A DNA stretch of 64,000 nucleotides from Chrysomallon squamiferum (taxonomy: Eukaryota > Animalia > Mollusca): the NCBI GenBank assembly GCA_012295275.1, contig CM022670.1, positions 23,808,001-23,872,000 of the forward strand. The letters run 5' to 3'. Of this stretch, positions 27,995-56,354 are shown piece after piece. A program made the position numbers and the translations under genes. Every line of letters starts with the position of its first letter. The stretch's first letter is position 1. The notes beneath the pieces were generated by a model. The model did not search any database. It worked only from the letters and a program-made list of their open reading frames with translations, and had not been told where the DNA came from.

Positions 27995-28870
27995 TTACAT
28001 ATTGATGGAATTTAAGTGGAATTTCAGGCAGTTCTGGTCTGCTGTGATGTTCTGGCTTTGGATGTAGTCAGTGTGATTCCTCATCCATGCATTTACATTT
28101 ACTGTCACGTGGCTGAAGTAGGTAAACTTCTTCAGATGAAATTTTGTATTCCCAAAGTTAAGGATGCAGTCACTTTCATTCCAGTGCATGACATCAGTAG
28201 TTGTGGATTTCCCTTTGATGATTGCACTGGAACAGTCTTGCCACCAGAATGTCCAAATCACAGCCTGAAGGTCAAATGGTTCGTCATGCAATGGTGAGGC
28301 AAATGTTACATATTGTAAGCCATGAAAATCTTGCAGGATTCAGCATAATTTCACACTCTCATTATAGCTGAGTGAATACACAGGGTAGTGACACAAATAT
28401 ACTTCTTAATCAGTTATTAAGTATTTTGTTCATCAAAGTTTTGATTTTTTAAAGTATTTTCAACAAAGAGTATTTATTAAATGCATCAGAGCAAAGTCAC
28501 TACCTTCATCTATCAGTGACATGCATCTTTAATAAATTATCTGTAATTTTAAGATGAATTAGACAAAGTTGTTGTATTAATGCACTCTCCTTCCCAATAA
28601 GGTCCATTCCAACTAGCTCTAGTGGCTCAATCACCTTGTGTCTTGATCTTCTCATGTCACTGACAGCTGTTAAATGACTTTACAAAAGCACTGATGTATT
28701 CTCTTATTCCATGCCACTGTTAAGAAGTAGATACCTTTCTCAGACTACTCTTCATCCCATGTCAACCTACAGCGCTGTGTAACTTAAGAATGTTTTTAAC
28801 ATCATCTAGAACTTGAATCACCTGCTTCTTGACATTGTATGTCTATGTATAATTCAACAGTTTATAGAAA
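27995..28870 (-). mobile_element. Highly decayed Tc1-like transposase remnant
   Basis: Minus-strand fragments TAVSDMRRSRHKVI (similar to TGxVxDxPRSGRPRVT) and TDYIQSQNI...HLNSIN (similar to DYLxxxNI...DLNPIE). Boundaries are approximate. Confidence 0.45.
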
Positions 28871-29778
28871 TATCATTGTGTGCTTCAGTTATCTGGATAA
28901 AAATAATCAGAAAAATAATGTAAAAGTGGATAGTGATTGTAATGCATTTTGCATTTATATTTGTGTGTGTTTAATTATGTAGTTAAGTATTTAATTAACA
29001 GAAAATCTGATATGAACTGACATATTATCTGCCTCCGAATAATTTGTCTTTAGCAGATTATTGAAATGTCTTTCATCTAAGTTTGTCTTGAAATTACCCC
29101 GATATAACAGGGATGACATAACAAAGACATACTTCATCAAGTTCATGAAACAATAAATTTAATATTTTATACAGGCCATCAGAACAAATTATGAGAAAAC
29201 TGTTTACTGGTTTAGCAGTAATAGTAACAGTGTGGACATATGTCTGATCTATCCGAAAGAATGGATCAGAATGAAAATAACAAGAAATAAAAATTTAATA
29301 TTTATATTCAGATATTAATGTTTTATCTCCTTGATATTTGTAGCTATTCATTATCACTAAACCAATTGTAGGCATAAACATTATGCATGCTATTTGATAT
29401 CCTTTTTCTAATCTACTCTAATCATTAAACCGGGACAGAAGTTACAGGCACACGATTTTCTTTAATTGAGCCTAATGTCTTTAAGTTAGCAATATATGAA
29501 ATGTCAGTAAACGCAATTATAATGTATTATTATGTTTCACATACCTAGAACTACATGTTGATATTTTTGTAATTATATTTTATTTATTCATTTATTTATT
29601 TATTTTTAATTGTGTTTAAAGCAGAAACGAGTATGGTGAAAATATAAAATTGCCATTGCTTTCGCCATGTGCATTAGGCCTAACAAATCCATAATCAGTC
29701 AGAAAGCATAATAATGAGACAACTCTATTACCATCTAATCATCTACACTGGCTTAATGTCAAGGTCACTGTAGATAGA

Positions 29779-29807
29779 GCGCCAAAACTGAATGTGTATT
29801 TTGGCGC
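29779..29807. promoter_or_regulatory. Inverted pair of E2F-type sites in the ESCO promoter
   Basis: gcgccaaaa (29779-29787) and ttttggcgc (29799-29807), just upstream of a probable non-coding first exon ending tag|gtaagc at 29850, in a locally CpG-retaining region. Confidence 0.6.
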
Positions 29808-31223
29808 ATGTTCCGTCACATCGTTTGCAAACTAATAAACGTATGCAGTAGGTAAGCAACAAACCTATTTAGTATTTACAGCGGAAATGTTAACTCCATA
29901 GTCTTTACGATTTTCCGTACAAAAAGTAGTTGCATAATTTAGTTAAGTGACAAAAGCCGTCTCTGCGCTGCAGCTAAAGGTCGCCAAACTTTTGTAACTC
30001 CTTTAAACGGCTTTTAAATTTTGTTTTTAATACGTAATACTGTATTAGTGTATAGATTTAGAACTCATCAAAAGTTTTATTTTGATATATAATGTATGTA
30101 TGTTGGTTTGAAATTACATGAGGTATTCTGTTTTTCACTGTTAATAGTGTCAAATGACTGAAACGAATTGCAGTTTCTCGAGGAAAAATACCGGTGTCAG
30201 AAAATATTTCTGAATATTCCTCCCCCCACTCTGTGATTATTTTCAAGTGTAGTTCTGTATTCTAGTGGTGAGTGTGTGTCTATTGAAACTAAGTACCACT
30301 GCATAGAGAGATTCATAAAAATACATTTAAATTTATAGATAGGTGGAGAAATAACTGATGGAGACATTTCTGGGTTCTTGATGATTGATCACTACTCCCA
30401 TCTTTAAAAGGAATATTTTTCTCTTTCTTTTTCAAAATGAAGGTTAAAACATTCATCCCTAAATCCATTTATCATTGATAATTATTTTCAAACATGCTGC
30501 ATTGTGCTCCAGTCTTTTAATTAAAATGCTTTAATAACACTGCTTCTGATGTTTTCAACAAAATGTCAGGAACAGAATCACTTGTTTGAACATGAAATGT
30601 CAAAATAAGTCCACTGACAAGACACTTCATTTTGATAAACACTAATGATTATGATGAGGAGGTTTAACAGGGTTCCTAGCAAATGTGGCTGAAGGAATAT
30701 ACCCTGAGAATTACTAAAAAATGTTGGAAAAGAACTTTGCAAAGCAGCCCACCACAATTCATTAAAAGTCTGACTCCGACATTGTTATTCTGTTGACACT
30801 ACCCCAGTGTAAGTGGTCACAGTGTCACAGAAAGCCAAGATTCTGCTGTCTGTCCATGATGATGAGTTGCCAGTTGGACATTTTGCTTGGGACAAAATGT
30901 GGCAGAAGTTAAGGAGCCATTTAAATTAGTAGATCTGCAGTAACAGAATGAAAACAGGTTATTTATGCACTAATTAAACACAGTTCATTTTATATTACTT
31001 TTGAGGGAAACAAATAATCAGTATTGTGTGATGTATTGACAAAGTTACCTTCTGTGGTAACTGGTCAAAATTCCTCAGCTTGCAGAGTCAAAACTTCAGG
31101 TTGTACTAGTAGTAATAAGTAAATGGTTATCATCATTATTTTTGTTTTTCTTATATTTTTCATTTCATGCTACTGTTAAAAAGTTAATAAAAAGTAATAA
31201 ATGGAAAATCAATTTAGATCTTT

Positions 31224-31258
<35 letters not shown>

Positions 31259-31836
31259 CTATATCAGACAAATTTATGGTACTCTCTTTAATGTAAGTAG
31301 CCATGAAAAATAATTTGAAAAACTATGTGGCTTATCATTAATGTAAGTATTCTTGAACATCAGGGGACAACATTTCTTACTTCAAGACAAGTACATTTCA
31401 GAAGGAAAAATAAACTGCATTTGCAAAAAACACTCATCTTGTAAGACCTAATGCTGATTTTGATTGAATACTTTGATATAGTGATACTAGAATAAATGTG
31501 AATGGTGCATTTGTTAAAAACTCTTCAATATGTTATGAGTACTGCAGAAAAGGTTAACTGAAATAAAAACTTCCTCTATTCTGTAATTTTCAGTTGTGTA
31601 TTGCTTTAAATGTTTAAATGTTATCCATTTCCCTTTGATTCTGTGATGAGTCTCTCAAACTTTATTGTTGGGAATATTCTTCACTGCTGAAATTTGCATA
31701 TTATAGTAATGTATTCTGAACATACATTAATCATTATCTAGATTATCATTTAGAAAAATACTAAATCAAACTAGCTCTGGTATTACAGTTTTTGTCATGT
31801 ATACATCACTATTTATATTTTTTCAGGTAATTCAGA

Positions 31837-34800
31837 ATGGCATCTTACAATAACACATGTGAAAAATGCTGGGAATCTCCTGATGAAAAAAGAAAAAAGT
31901 GAGTTATTACAATAAAAAGGTGTTACACTATTTAATTGGAACACTTACTGATTTAGAAACATCAAAATCTGATTATTGTTAGTATGGATTTTGTTCTGTG
32001 ATAAATATATTTTGCCAGTGGTTTTTATAAAATATGGACTCTGTGATAAGTATTATGTATTTGAGATGACATTTAACATAGGTGAAAAATATTTCACTAT
32101 ATGTTCTTATTTTCAGTAGTACTGTAGAACTGTTTCTGTACAGTATATGATTTTTCTGAATTTGATCATTTTATTTTAGACAAAATTCTGTTTGTCGTAT
32201 GGAATACAATATATGATTTTGTCATTGAATCATCCAGATTGGAAAATAATGAAGAAAACACACCAATTACAAGGAAACGTTGGAAGACAGAGATTAGAAA
32301 AAAGACACCAGTGGAAAGTGGACAGATTAGTCCATTAAGCAACTCTGATAGTGAGGCACCTTCTTTTAACATCAAATCATTTTATGGGTCAACACCAGAC
32401 AGTAAAGTTTCAGCCTTGAGGAAGTCACCAAGGCTGATTTTGGAGAAATGCGATATGCAGCATAAGACCAGCAACACAGAATTCATGAGTTCGAGTATGA
32501 ATGGATTTACAAAATACCTAAGAAAAAAATCTGATACATCATCAGTTTCTGCTGTTGTGAATAAACAGAAGAATCGAAGGAAAATTTCATCAGGTAAAAA
32601 TTTGTGTGTTATCAGCAGAAAAAACCGAATTGTCACGAGCAAGTACAAAAGACTTCCATTTAATGTAGTCACATCTCGGAAGACAGATGAGAACATTTCA
32701 TATACACGGGAGAATATTTTTGTCACAAAAGATCCAGAGGGTGATTCGAGCCCAGCCACCTCTGAAAACAGAAAAAAATTCTTTAAAAACAGGTGTCCAT
32801 CATCATCCGCTGTATCACTAGGTAGCATCGTTATTAGAAAAGGTTTTGATTTGAAGTTCGTGCCTCACAGACTCAGTGGGAAATTTATGAAGGTGGGAAA
32901 GAAAGTGGCCAAGAAGGAACGACAGAGTCCAAAGAATTCAGGAAAGAAAATTATTAAAGATTTAATGGACTCTGAAAAACCCAGGTTCAGATTTGATTTA
33001 AAAAATCATATTCAGTCACCTGGTAACAGTGCAGCTGAATCAGACATTTTAGATTCATTGTCCAGTGAAAAAATTGCTACAGACGGGGAACTGATCAGCT
33101 GTTCTCCAGTATCTAGCATATCTTGGTTAAGTGAAATCCAGCCAAATGTGTCTCACTGTCATGAGATGACTACAGGGTCACAAGAACTTTTCAGTTCTGA
33201 TGGAAGATCAGAAGTGTCAGGCATCACAAATTCTTCTGAAAAGACTGATAATGATGGACAAACAACTGGAAAGAAACTTTTTCCAGTTTTTGATATTAAC
33301 TCTCGGACTTATAGGTAAGTTTTATAACATGAAAATAGAGGTTTTATATTTGCATAATTAATAAGATCAGTAAGTTATTTTTGATAGGTTCAGAATTACC
33401 AATTTATACTGTAAAGAGGTGGGTGGGTGTCTGTGCTTGGGGTTCAAACTTGACCTAAAAAATAAGAAGTGACTTCTCCCTCTAGACACAATAGTGAAGA
33501 GGAAATCAGACAAAACACCATATTTTTTTTATTTAAACACAATGCATATCTTTGTACACATCACTGAACATTTCAGTATTTCACTGTATTGTTCAGTTGT
33601 ATTCTCATGTTTATTTATGATTGCTTGCAGCCTACTAACATGTGTCTCAGACCCCTACTTGCATAATTTCATAGTAATATAATCTGTAATTATGTGCATC
33701 TCAGTTAATGAAATTTGTATACAAATTTTAAAGAACTCCACATTTCTGTCGGCTAACTGAATGGTGCGAGACAATTCATGTTTGTTGTTGTTAACATTTT
33801 TCTGTGAAACTGGCAGAGCAAACAAAGAAAGCCTGTTGATGATCTCTACACCATTTTCTGTGAAAGTGATGAAACTTAACGTGCTCGTGGTTTATTTATT
33901 CAGCCCTTTGCACAACAGATGTGGATGAGCAATACATTTTTTGTTTTTCTCTAATGATTTATAAATAGAAATAATTTAAGAGAAATAACTCAAGTATGCT
34001 AGCCAGTTGGAAAATAATGTCACAGGATCATTGACAAAAAAAGAGGCAAAATTTACTGAAAACAATCAAGATGACTTAGAATTTTTTGCCTTGTGTTAAT
34101 AGTATGCTGAAGTTTAGTGCAAAAGGACGAGTGTTTCGCCCTTGTCACTCTTTAGTGTAAAAGAAATGTTAAATAATGTACTGTTTATAAGTTACATTAT
34201 TCCCTAGAAATGATAATAAAATAACCAAATCAGACTACAAAATAATGAATGATATACTTAACTTCTTTCAAAAACTAATAGTTATAGAATTTGCACTAAT
34301 GAAGAAATCTTGCAGAAATAGTATTAATCCTTAATGATAGTAGATAAATCAAATCATTTAAGAATTTTAGCTGTTGAATTGGTTTAAAGTTATTAACATT
34401 GCTGCTTTTTTAATTTTATTTTATTATTATTATTATTTATTTTTTTTATCCTGTCAAATTATATCTTTATTTAATTGATTTTTCAGTCCTGAAACTTGTA
34501 AAATGATCCTGCGTTCTTCTACTCCAAAGATTCGTCCATTGGTCAGAGAAAAAGCAGGCATGGAGCAAATGATTCTAGTATGTTCAGTTTAATATATCTG
34601 AAGATAAAAAGTTGATAGACCATTTAAATTTATATAGTTATATGCAGATTTCATTTTTTTTTTTTAACAATCTGATTGTTACAAAAGAGTTTATTACCGA
34701 TTCTAAAACAGTGTGTTAATACCATAAAAATTAATAAATTGGATAATTTAATTTAAACTTCTTTTTTTTTCTTTTTTCTTTGTTGATTTGAAATATATTC

Positions 34801-37015
34801 AGGATGCGGGACAGAAGAAGTTTGGCGCTGCTCATTGTAACGTCTGCGGGATGGTGTACACACATGCTGATGCCACTGATGAAACAACTCATGCCAAGTT
34901 TCACCAGGGATTCTTAAACGCCCTGAAATTTCCTGTGAGTAGTAACTTAGTTATTAAATGAATCTGATTCCCCCCCCCAAAAAAAACCAGGTAAACCTTT
35001 ACTAATCCACATAATACTTAATGCTTATCTTTCATTATTATCCAGATTTTGTGATTTGTGTGATATTTAAAGGTGTGATGAAGTGGTTAGCTGTTGTTTA
35101 GAAGTGATCATCCAGAATGTTAAATATATTTATTAACACTGAAACAAAAAAAAAACATCTAGCTTTCTTTAGTAATGATTAGTTTTAAAAACCTATGTTT
35201 TATTAATTTTTGAACATTATACACTTAATAAATTGTTAGTGTTATTTTTAATATTTACATATATATGACTGAAATATTAAATGTTTTAAATGTTTAGGGC
35301 TGGAAGAAGGAACGGGTGGTGCAGGAGTTTCCTGTTGAAGGAAGTCGAGTGATAATGGTCTTGCATGATGATCCAAAATATGCAACTAAGAAGGTAATGA
35401 TTATTAATTGTTTTATTACTTTGTTTCTTTGTTTTTCAGTCCTTTTTTAAAAATTTTATTATTATTATTATTATTATTATGGAATAGTATAACAATAGAT
35501 ATTTAGAGCATGAAAGAAATTCTGAAAAGAAGTGATGCCTTTTCTTTTCTTTTTTTTCACTTTTTTTCTTAGATTGAAGAAATTAACAGAATCATGGGAC
35601 AGGAACTAGGATTTCCAGAGCAGACTTTAGCACTACGTCCAGCTTTCAAGGTGACGTCAAATTCTTTCATATGTTAAAAGCTGTTTCCAAATCCAGCCAA
35701 TATCCATGAGAGATTTATCAAATCCCATGATAAATGCTTTTCTGTATAAAATTTTATCAATAAGTTTAGACCAGTTAACTATTATTATCAGAATTTTAAA
35801 TATCCTTGCATAAATTCATTTATATATTCTTTGATTTTTTGTTTATTTTTTTGGTTTACAGGTTTGTTATTTATTTTATTATTATTATTTATATTTTTTT
35901 TTTCATTCTTTAAATTTCATTTCATTATTGCTCTATTTCTTTTATTATTATTATTTTAGGCTTTTCTCTATATATCAGATGAAAAGACAATAGATGGTTG
36001 CTGTATTGCTGAACCAATAACAGAGGTAACTTACATAATATTGAAGAATGATCTATTAAATTTTAATTTTTAAATCAAATATATATATATATCTTTTTTT
36101 TAATAAATCAAAAATTATCATTTTAACAGAATCATTTATTTATTATTTATAAAAAAAATTTAAATGGTAATTCGGGAGATCCTGACCTAATCTAGAAAAA
36201 TCACAAAATTTTAACTTAGTGCAATGTCTGTCCCACTTGGAACATCATCTCCATGAATTATTAAATAACATTAAACAAATAAATAAAATTATTTTTGTTA
36301 AAGAAGGAAGAAAACTAACCAAAAGCAGTTTTATATTTAAAATTGATATTGTTTCACTGGAATGTTTCAAATATTATTTTGCAACAGGGTTACAGGGTAA
36401 TTCCAGACATGGAAGCAAATTTTCAACATGGTGAACGAAGACCGTGGTGCTGTGAGACAGAACCAGAGCCAGCTGCAGTAGGAATCAGTCGAATCTGGGT
36501 TTGTGCTATGCAAAGACACAAAGGAATTGCAACCAGACTGGTCGACACTGTCAGGTGATATGAATAGACAAAAAGTTTTTTTTTTTAATTAATTGTAATA
36601 ATGTTGAATGGTGCATTTTTCTACAAGTGTTCTTTAAAGCAGATTTCAAAAACTTATTAGTATATTATTTTTTTTTATATTGTCAGAAATCCAGCAAACA
36701 CCTGCAAAATAAAAAAAATTCTCAGTATTGTTAAAATACCTCAAGCTTTAACATAATGTACTAATTTATTTTACAGTTAACCTTATATTTTTTAAATTTA
36801 TTTATTTATTGATTTTAACTGAAACTACTATAGTATTTGTTCTTAATTTTAGACAATGTTTTGAATATGGCATTCTTATTGAGAAAGAAAAAACTGCATT
36901 TTCTGACCCTACACCAGATGGAAGAGCTTTTGCTACGAGATATGTTGGTACAGAATCTTTCCTGGTTTACAAATACAGACCATCAAAGGAAATCAATTTC
37001 TCTCAAGAGTTATAA
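31837..37015 (+). CDS. ESCO2: Cohesin N-acetyltransferase ESCO1/2 (Eco1 family), about 643 aa, 9 coding exons
   Basis: Exons 31837-31898, 32238-33314, 34487-34577, 34803-34934, 35298-35393, 35573-35650, 35960-36025, 36388-36554, 36853-37015; 1932 nt, in frame. Long basic disordered N-terminus, PIP-like QMILDAGQK, C2H2 finger CNVCGMVY..DETTHAKFH, GWKKERVV, and acetyltransferase motifs GISRIWV..R.KGIATRLVD and AFSDPTPDG. ESCO1 versus ESCO2 orthology cannot be resolved from the sequence. Confidence 0.92.
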
Positions 37016-39213
37016 CTTCTGATTTAAAAACAGTGCTTTGATTTTTGTTAAAATTGTGAACTGTATTACTATTTGACTGTGTTAAAAAAAAAAAAAAAAT
37101 TCCCTTTCTTTTTAAAAAAACAAAAAAAAGAAAGATTGTTAATAATTTAAATAGCCAGCATTCAAAATATGAATTGTTTGGGAGAAAAAGATATTTTATT
37201 GTTTTACTTTTTAATAAAATACATCGTATATTAATTTTTAAATTGTGCTTACATACAAGCTTTTTTGTGTTAAAGTGTGTCATGGCCCAAGACTACATCT
37301 GAGCAGATGATAGGTCTCATAAATTAATGTAATACTCAAACATTATTATGGACAAAGGGCATTTAGATAAATACTCTACAGTTATGACACATTTATTCTA
37401 TCATGTGTATCTTTATTATTTCAAACAAGAAGCAATTTAGGTTATTTACATGGATGTAAATTACAGCCTGTAAAAAGAAATAACTTGATCATTTTGCATT
37501 GTCTTTCATTTTACTTATTAAAAATTATTTTTCCACAGCAGTGTAGACTCTACAGCAAATTTTAATGTAAAGTTAATGACTTGAGAAAATTGCAACTGCT
37601 TAAGTTGACATGCAGTGTTTAATATCACAAATTCACATTGTTTGGTTATCTTTTCAGTAACTGTTTGGTTTTGTTGTGAATAAATGTGATGTACACAATA
37701 AAAATATTGTTGCATTTTATTTCCTTTGTTTACATTCAGTGATGTAAAATATATTGAAAAATAGCTCCTGTTTGAATATATATATCTTCTGCCACTTTGA
37801 ACCTTTGTTGACACCAATACAAGTGGAATGCTCTGCTTTTGCACTGAACGATGATGTAGTAATTGTTTTTGAAATATTCAGCTAGAGAAGGGGACCATGC
37901 TATTGGAAAAGTACAATGATTGGCTTAAATATCGGCCTTAGTGAAAAGTTGTGACATAGAAAATATCAGCTTCGATGCACTGAGAAAAAACATGACAATA
38001 ACCCTGTCTTACTTTATTGTCTTTATTGATTTTTTTTTTTTTTTTTTTTTTTTTGTAGATATCTCAGCAGATTTCCAGTAAATCTTTTGAAATTTTCACA
38101 TTCTTCATGTTACAACAATATTGATAAGAAAAAAAAGCAAAGAAATATTTTATGAATCAAAAATGTTCATGTTATTTACAATTTTGTAAGAAATACATTC
38201 AAAAATTGTCAAAATCTCCTACAATAACAATAATAAAAAATAAAACTAGATAGAAAAACATGCATATGCGTTTTAACTGTTTACCAACAAAATGTGAATT
38301 CATTTTGACCTATCAGTTAAGGAGATCTAAAACAGTGAAATAAACTCAATCTGAGAGTCCAATATTTATTTATATTTATTTTTTAAATTAATATTATTAA
38401 TTATTTTATTTTTTTATTTTTTTGAATTTTTATATCTCTTCTAATATATGACTGACATTGTGTTAAAATGTCAGCAATTTTAAAAAACAGATTTCACCAC
38501 TTTGTCCCCTTGAGATACCTTGACTAGTAAAGGCAAAGTCCTGTATATAGTACATCACATGTCTAAACCATACATGGCAGTCTGAATTCAACTAAATAAT
38601 TGGTCCAAATATAAAAATGGAGAGAAAACAACAAAAAAAAGAAATTTCTATGGAATGACCATTAGTAACTATGATAAAATACATTTTAAATGATATGATG
38701 AAACTTCTAGATATTCCTTTAAAATTGCTAATTTTTTTGCTTAGAAAAACTATATAAATTATTTGGTCAACAGTTTCCAAATAACAATGAATTTATGTCT
38801 GGCTTTCAGAACACACCAGTATTCACTTTAAATAAACAAGGAAGAAAATGGGGAATAGTTGTTTTACTTTTGTTTGTTTGTTTTCAACAGTTTATTTGAA
38901 AACTTTATGGCAGTTTTGTTAACATTGGAAAATCAAGACATTTACTGAGACATGCTTTACAATAAATTACACCACAATATATTCAACATTTAACATGGTG
39001 CTTTTTAAAATAGACTCATGATTATACCATATAAATACAGATTAACATTTAAATTTAGATGAAACAAATTAACATTGACTTATTAATTTAATGTGTACCT
39101 AATTCTGAAGGATGTAAAATGGAAGACATCTGAAGTAGGAATTCACATGAACAAAAATGGACAAGTTGCAAATAAGTGCATTATATTTTAATATATATAT
39201 ATTGAGTCATTTT

Positions 39214-39269
39214 AATAAGTTATCCTGACAATATATATATATATATATATATTGTCAGGATAACTTATT
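39214..39269. repeat. Perfect 56-bp palindrome in the DDX43-like 3' UTR
   Basis: aataagttatcctgaca-(at)11-tgtcaggataacttatt. Confidence 0.95.
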
Positions 39270-39334
39270 TTTCTTTTTCATGATGAAGTTATAATCATGT
39301 TTAGTTTTTCTTTGGTATCACTGGAAATGTCGTA

Positions 39335-53867
<14,533 letters not shown>

Positions 53868-54016
53868 GGCTTTTGACAGAAACTCACTGAACTTCCGCTT
53901 TTTAACCATGTGAAAATAAAGAGATTGTAAATGCCTCGAGCATTTTTAACAAACAATTACGCAGCAGCTTTACATTTATCGACTGGTTTGATCATTTCAG
54001 TGGAAAAACAACGAGA

Positions 54017-54650
54017 GACAAAAGCTCCCCAGTGAGAAAAACATTAGGACAAAAGCTCCCCAGTGAAAAAAAAAATTAGGTAGGACAAAAGCTCACCCTA
54101 TACATAAAAACAAGGTAGTACAAAGGCACACCAACTTAAACAAAAACAAACAAAAACAAAACAAAATTATATCACTGTTTAATATAATCATGGAATTAAT
54201 ATAATTAGTTATTCGTTCAAGTTATCTAGTTGTGATCAGCTTTAATAACTAACTTTAAAAATAATCCATAAAGCCATGACATCTGGAGTTTTCATCAGTT
54301 TTTGTATTATTTTTTGAAATTATATTCAGTTCTGAAAAAGGCAGAATTTCTAAAACATACTGAGGTACGTTTTTTTCATTTCGCGAAATGTGATTGTGTG
54401 CTTTGAAGTCGGTTCTCTCATCAGATTGTATCCTTCATCTTAATTGTTATTATTTTCTGTTATTTCGTAGTAATTCATTATGTTGATCAAATAAACACAT
54501 TAAATTGACAATCATGCCATTATTAAACTTGTTTTGATAAATATATAAAGTATGCATGCTTTAATAAAGTTGTTGTTTGCAGTTTTCTTCATTCAAACAG
54601 TAAGTTCAGGGATTATACATATTGTTTAGTGGAGGGTTTTGAGGTTTTTT
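54017..54650 (+). mobile_element. Non-autonomous DNA element with subterminal GGACAAAAGCTCCCC repeats, adjacent to the DDX43-like promoter
   Basis: Three to four tandem gacaaaagctcc(c)cag units at 54017-54135; internal homology to 51690-51850. Confidence 0.55.
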
Positions 54651-56236
54651 TAGGGATTGCTGAAACTGGTTATCTTATTAACTTAGTAATAATAACATTA
54701 GCAACACAATTTTAATGCTGCCTTAACACCGTACAAATTATTTGCATAAACATTTGTGTATACTCTGGTTAGTCACTGTCACACTGCAATCAGGTTTTTG
54801 ATACTTAGTAAATTTACTTTAAAAAGCCATAATATGTTATTAATTATTTTCTATATTTAATTAATCTGATTATCTATTTAAAAAACAACAACAAACAAAA
54901 ACAAGCTTGTTTTTTTTCATCAAAGATAATCTAAACTGCCTAATTTGTATCATGCTTGAAAGAAGTGTAAAAACATTTATGTTAATATATATATATATAT
55001 ATATATATATACTGAGTTGATATAAATTATCAGGAGTGCACATTTTGCCACCTTCTTTCATGTTCAGTATCGCTATTAGGGCAATCTTTATCAGTCATGC
55101 ATAGATCATTCCAATAAAATAACAACGAACCATGACTTTAACTAAGAAATTGTAACACAGGAAATGAATGCAGATCAACATTTATATTTTTAACTTTATT
55201 AATATTGTGTAATAATATAACCATAAATTTTAAGCATTAGAAGAAATGAAATATTACTTTAACCTCTTTGGCCTATTCAGATCGGTTTTTTGTATTTGGC
55301 GAAAGACTGGAAATCAATGCATGGTGTTCACTTTTCTTCTGTATTTATTTTAAGCTCATAATTTTGTTTTTCAGTTTATGGTTCAGTTTTAATGCATGTG
55401 TTTATATATAGATTATAGTTATCAGATTACTAACCTTAACCCTTAATTTTTATGTTTTAGGTATATTTATTCGGAACATCACATTTTTTGCAGATCTGTA
55501 AAATTATCGGTATTATTTTCACTGGTAAAATAAAAACTACCCCAATTTATAAACAATACAACCCCCTTCCCTAAGTATTAATTATCGGTAACTTAACACC
55601 CTTTTGGATACATTTAAAGTACTTTTCTTTATTAGTAATAGAAGTAACATTAGGAGGGTGTTTCACTCACAATTTTACGCGAACAATCCAATGACAGAAC
55701 ATGACGAAATGCCATTTGAAATGTAAATTTGTTTTAAATACAAGTCTTCATAACCCTTAATATACGTTTGTTACTAAAATAAAAGTAAAAAATATAATTT
55801 TTTGCATAACCCATTCCAAGTATCAATATTTCAAGGATGATCTTGTAAGTGCTAGATGTCAATCAACTGTCACCAGTTTTAAGGTAGGTTATTTCTAAAA
55901 TGCATTAGAATATACCATTCGTTATAATTACAAGTGGAGAAAAAAACAATTAGCCAGCGTTATCAAATTTGAGGTAAATTTTCTGAAGTACAATCTTGGA
56001 AACTAAAAATAACAGCAACCTTATTTTGCCGATAAGCCATTGTCAACGAAATAAAAATTTAACTGTTATAAAGATAAACCATGTCTCACTGCAACAATTT
56101 ATTGTTAAAGATCAATTATCAGAAATTACATCACAAAATGTTCTCCATCTAAATAAGCTTTTTGTGTTTTCATTTACAAACGGCTTCAGAAACATTTTAA
56201 AATGAAAACGAACACTTCACTGAAGATACATTTGTT

Positions 56237-56242
56237 TTTATT
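56237..56242 (-). terminator. Poly(A) signal of the KH/CCHC gene
   Basis: AATAAA on the minus strand about 113 nt after the stop codon, followed by a GT/T-rich tract. Confidence 0.55.
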
Positions 56243-56354
56243 CGACATGATAAAACTGGTCTTCAAACCAGTGCACAATAAAGTCTAATCAATAGGTGAG
56301 TTGTTTGGACTGATGATAAATTTTTATCCAATCAATGAACAAAGTCTGCAAAGT

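Noticed and set aside
32382-32828. 148-aa minus-strand ORF
   Set aside because: It is the antisense shadow of the large ESCO exon.
37016-39334. Overlap of the convergent ESCO and DDX43-like 3' UTRs
   Set aside because: Both strands have AATAAA candidates before any overlap is needed. It cannot be supported without transcript data.
53868-53909. Upstream in-frame ATG (MVKKRKFSEFLSKA) for the helicase
   Set aside because: The paralogue aligns from the second ATG, and this stretch contains a promoter-like GCGGAAGT motif. It is not excluded but is less likely.
54017-54135. Spaced direct repeats superficially like a CRISPR array
   Set aside because: The context is eukaryotic, the spacers are short, similar and A-rich, and there are no cas genes. 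It fits transposon subterminal repeats.
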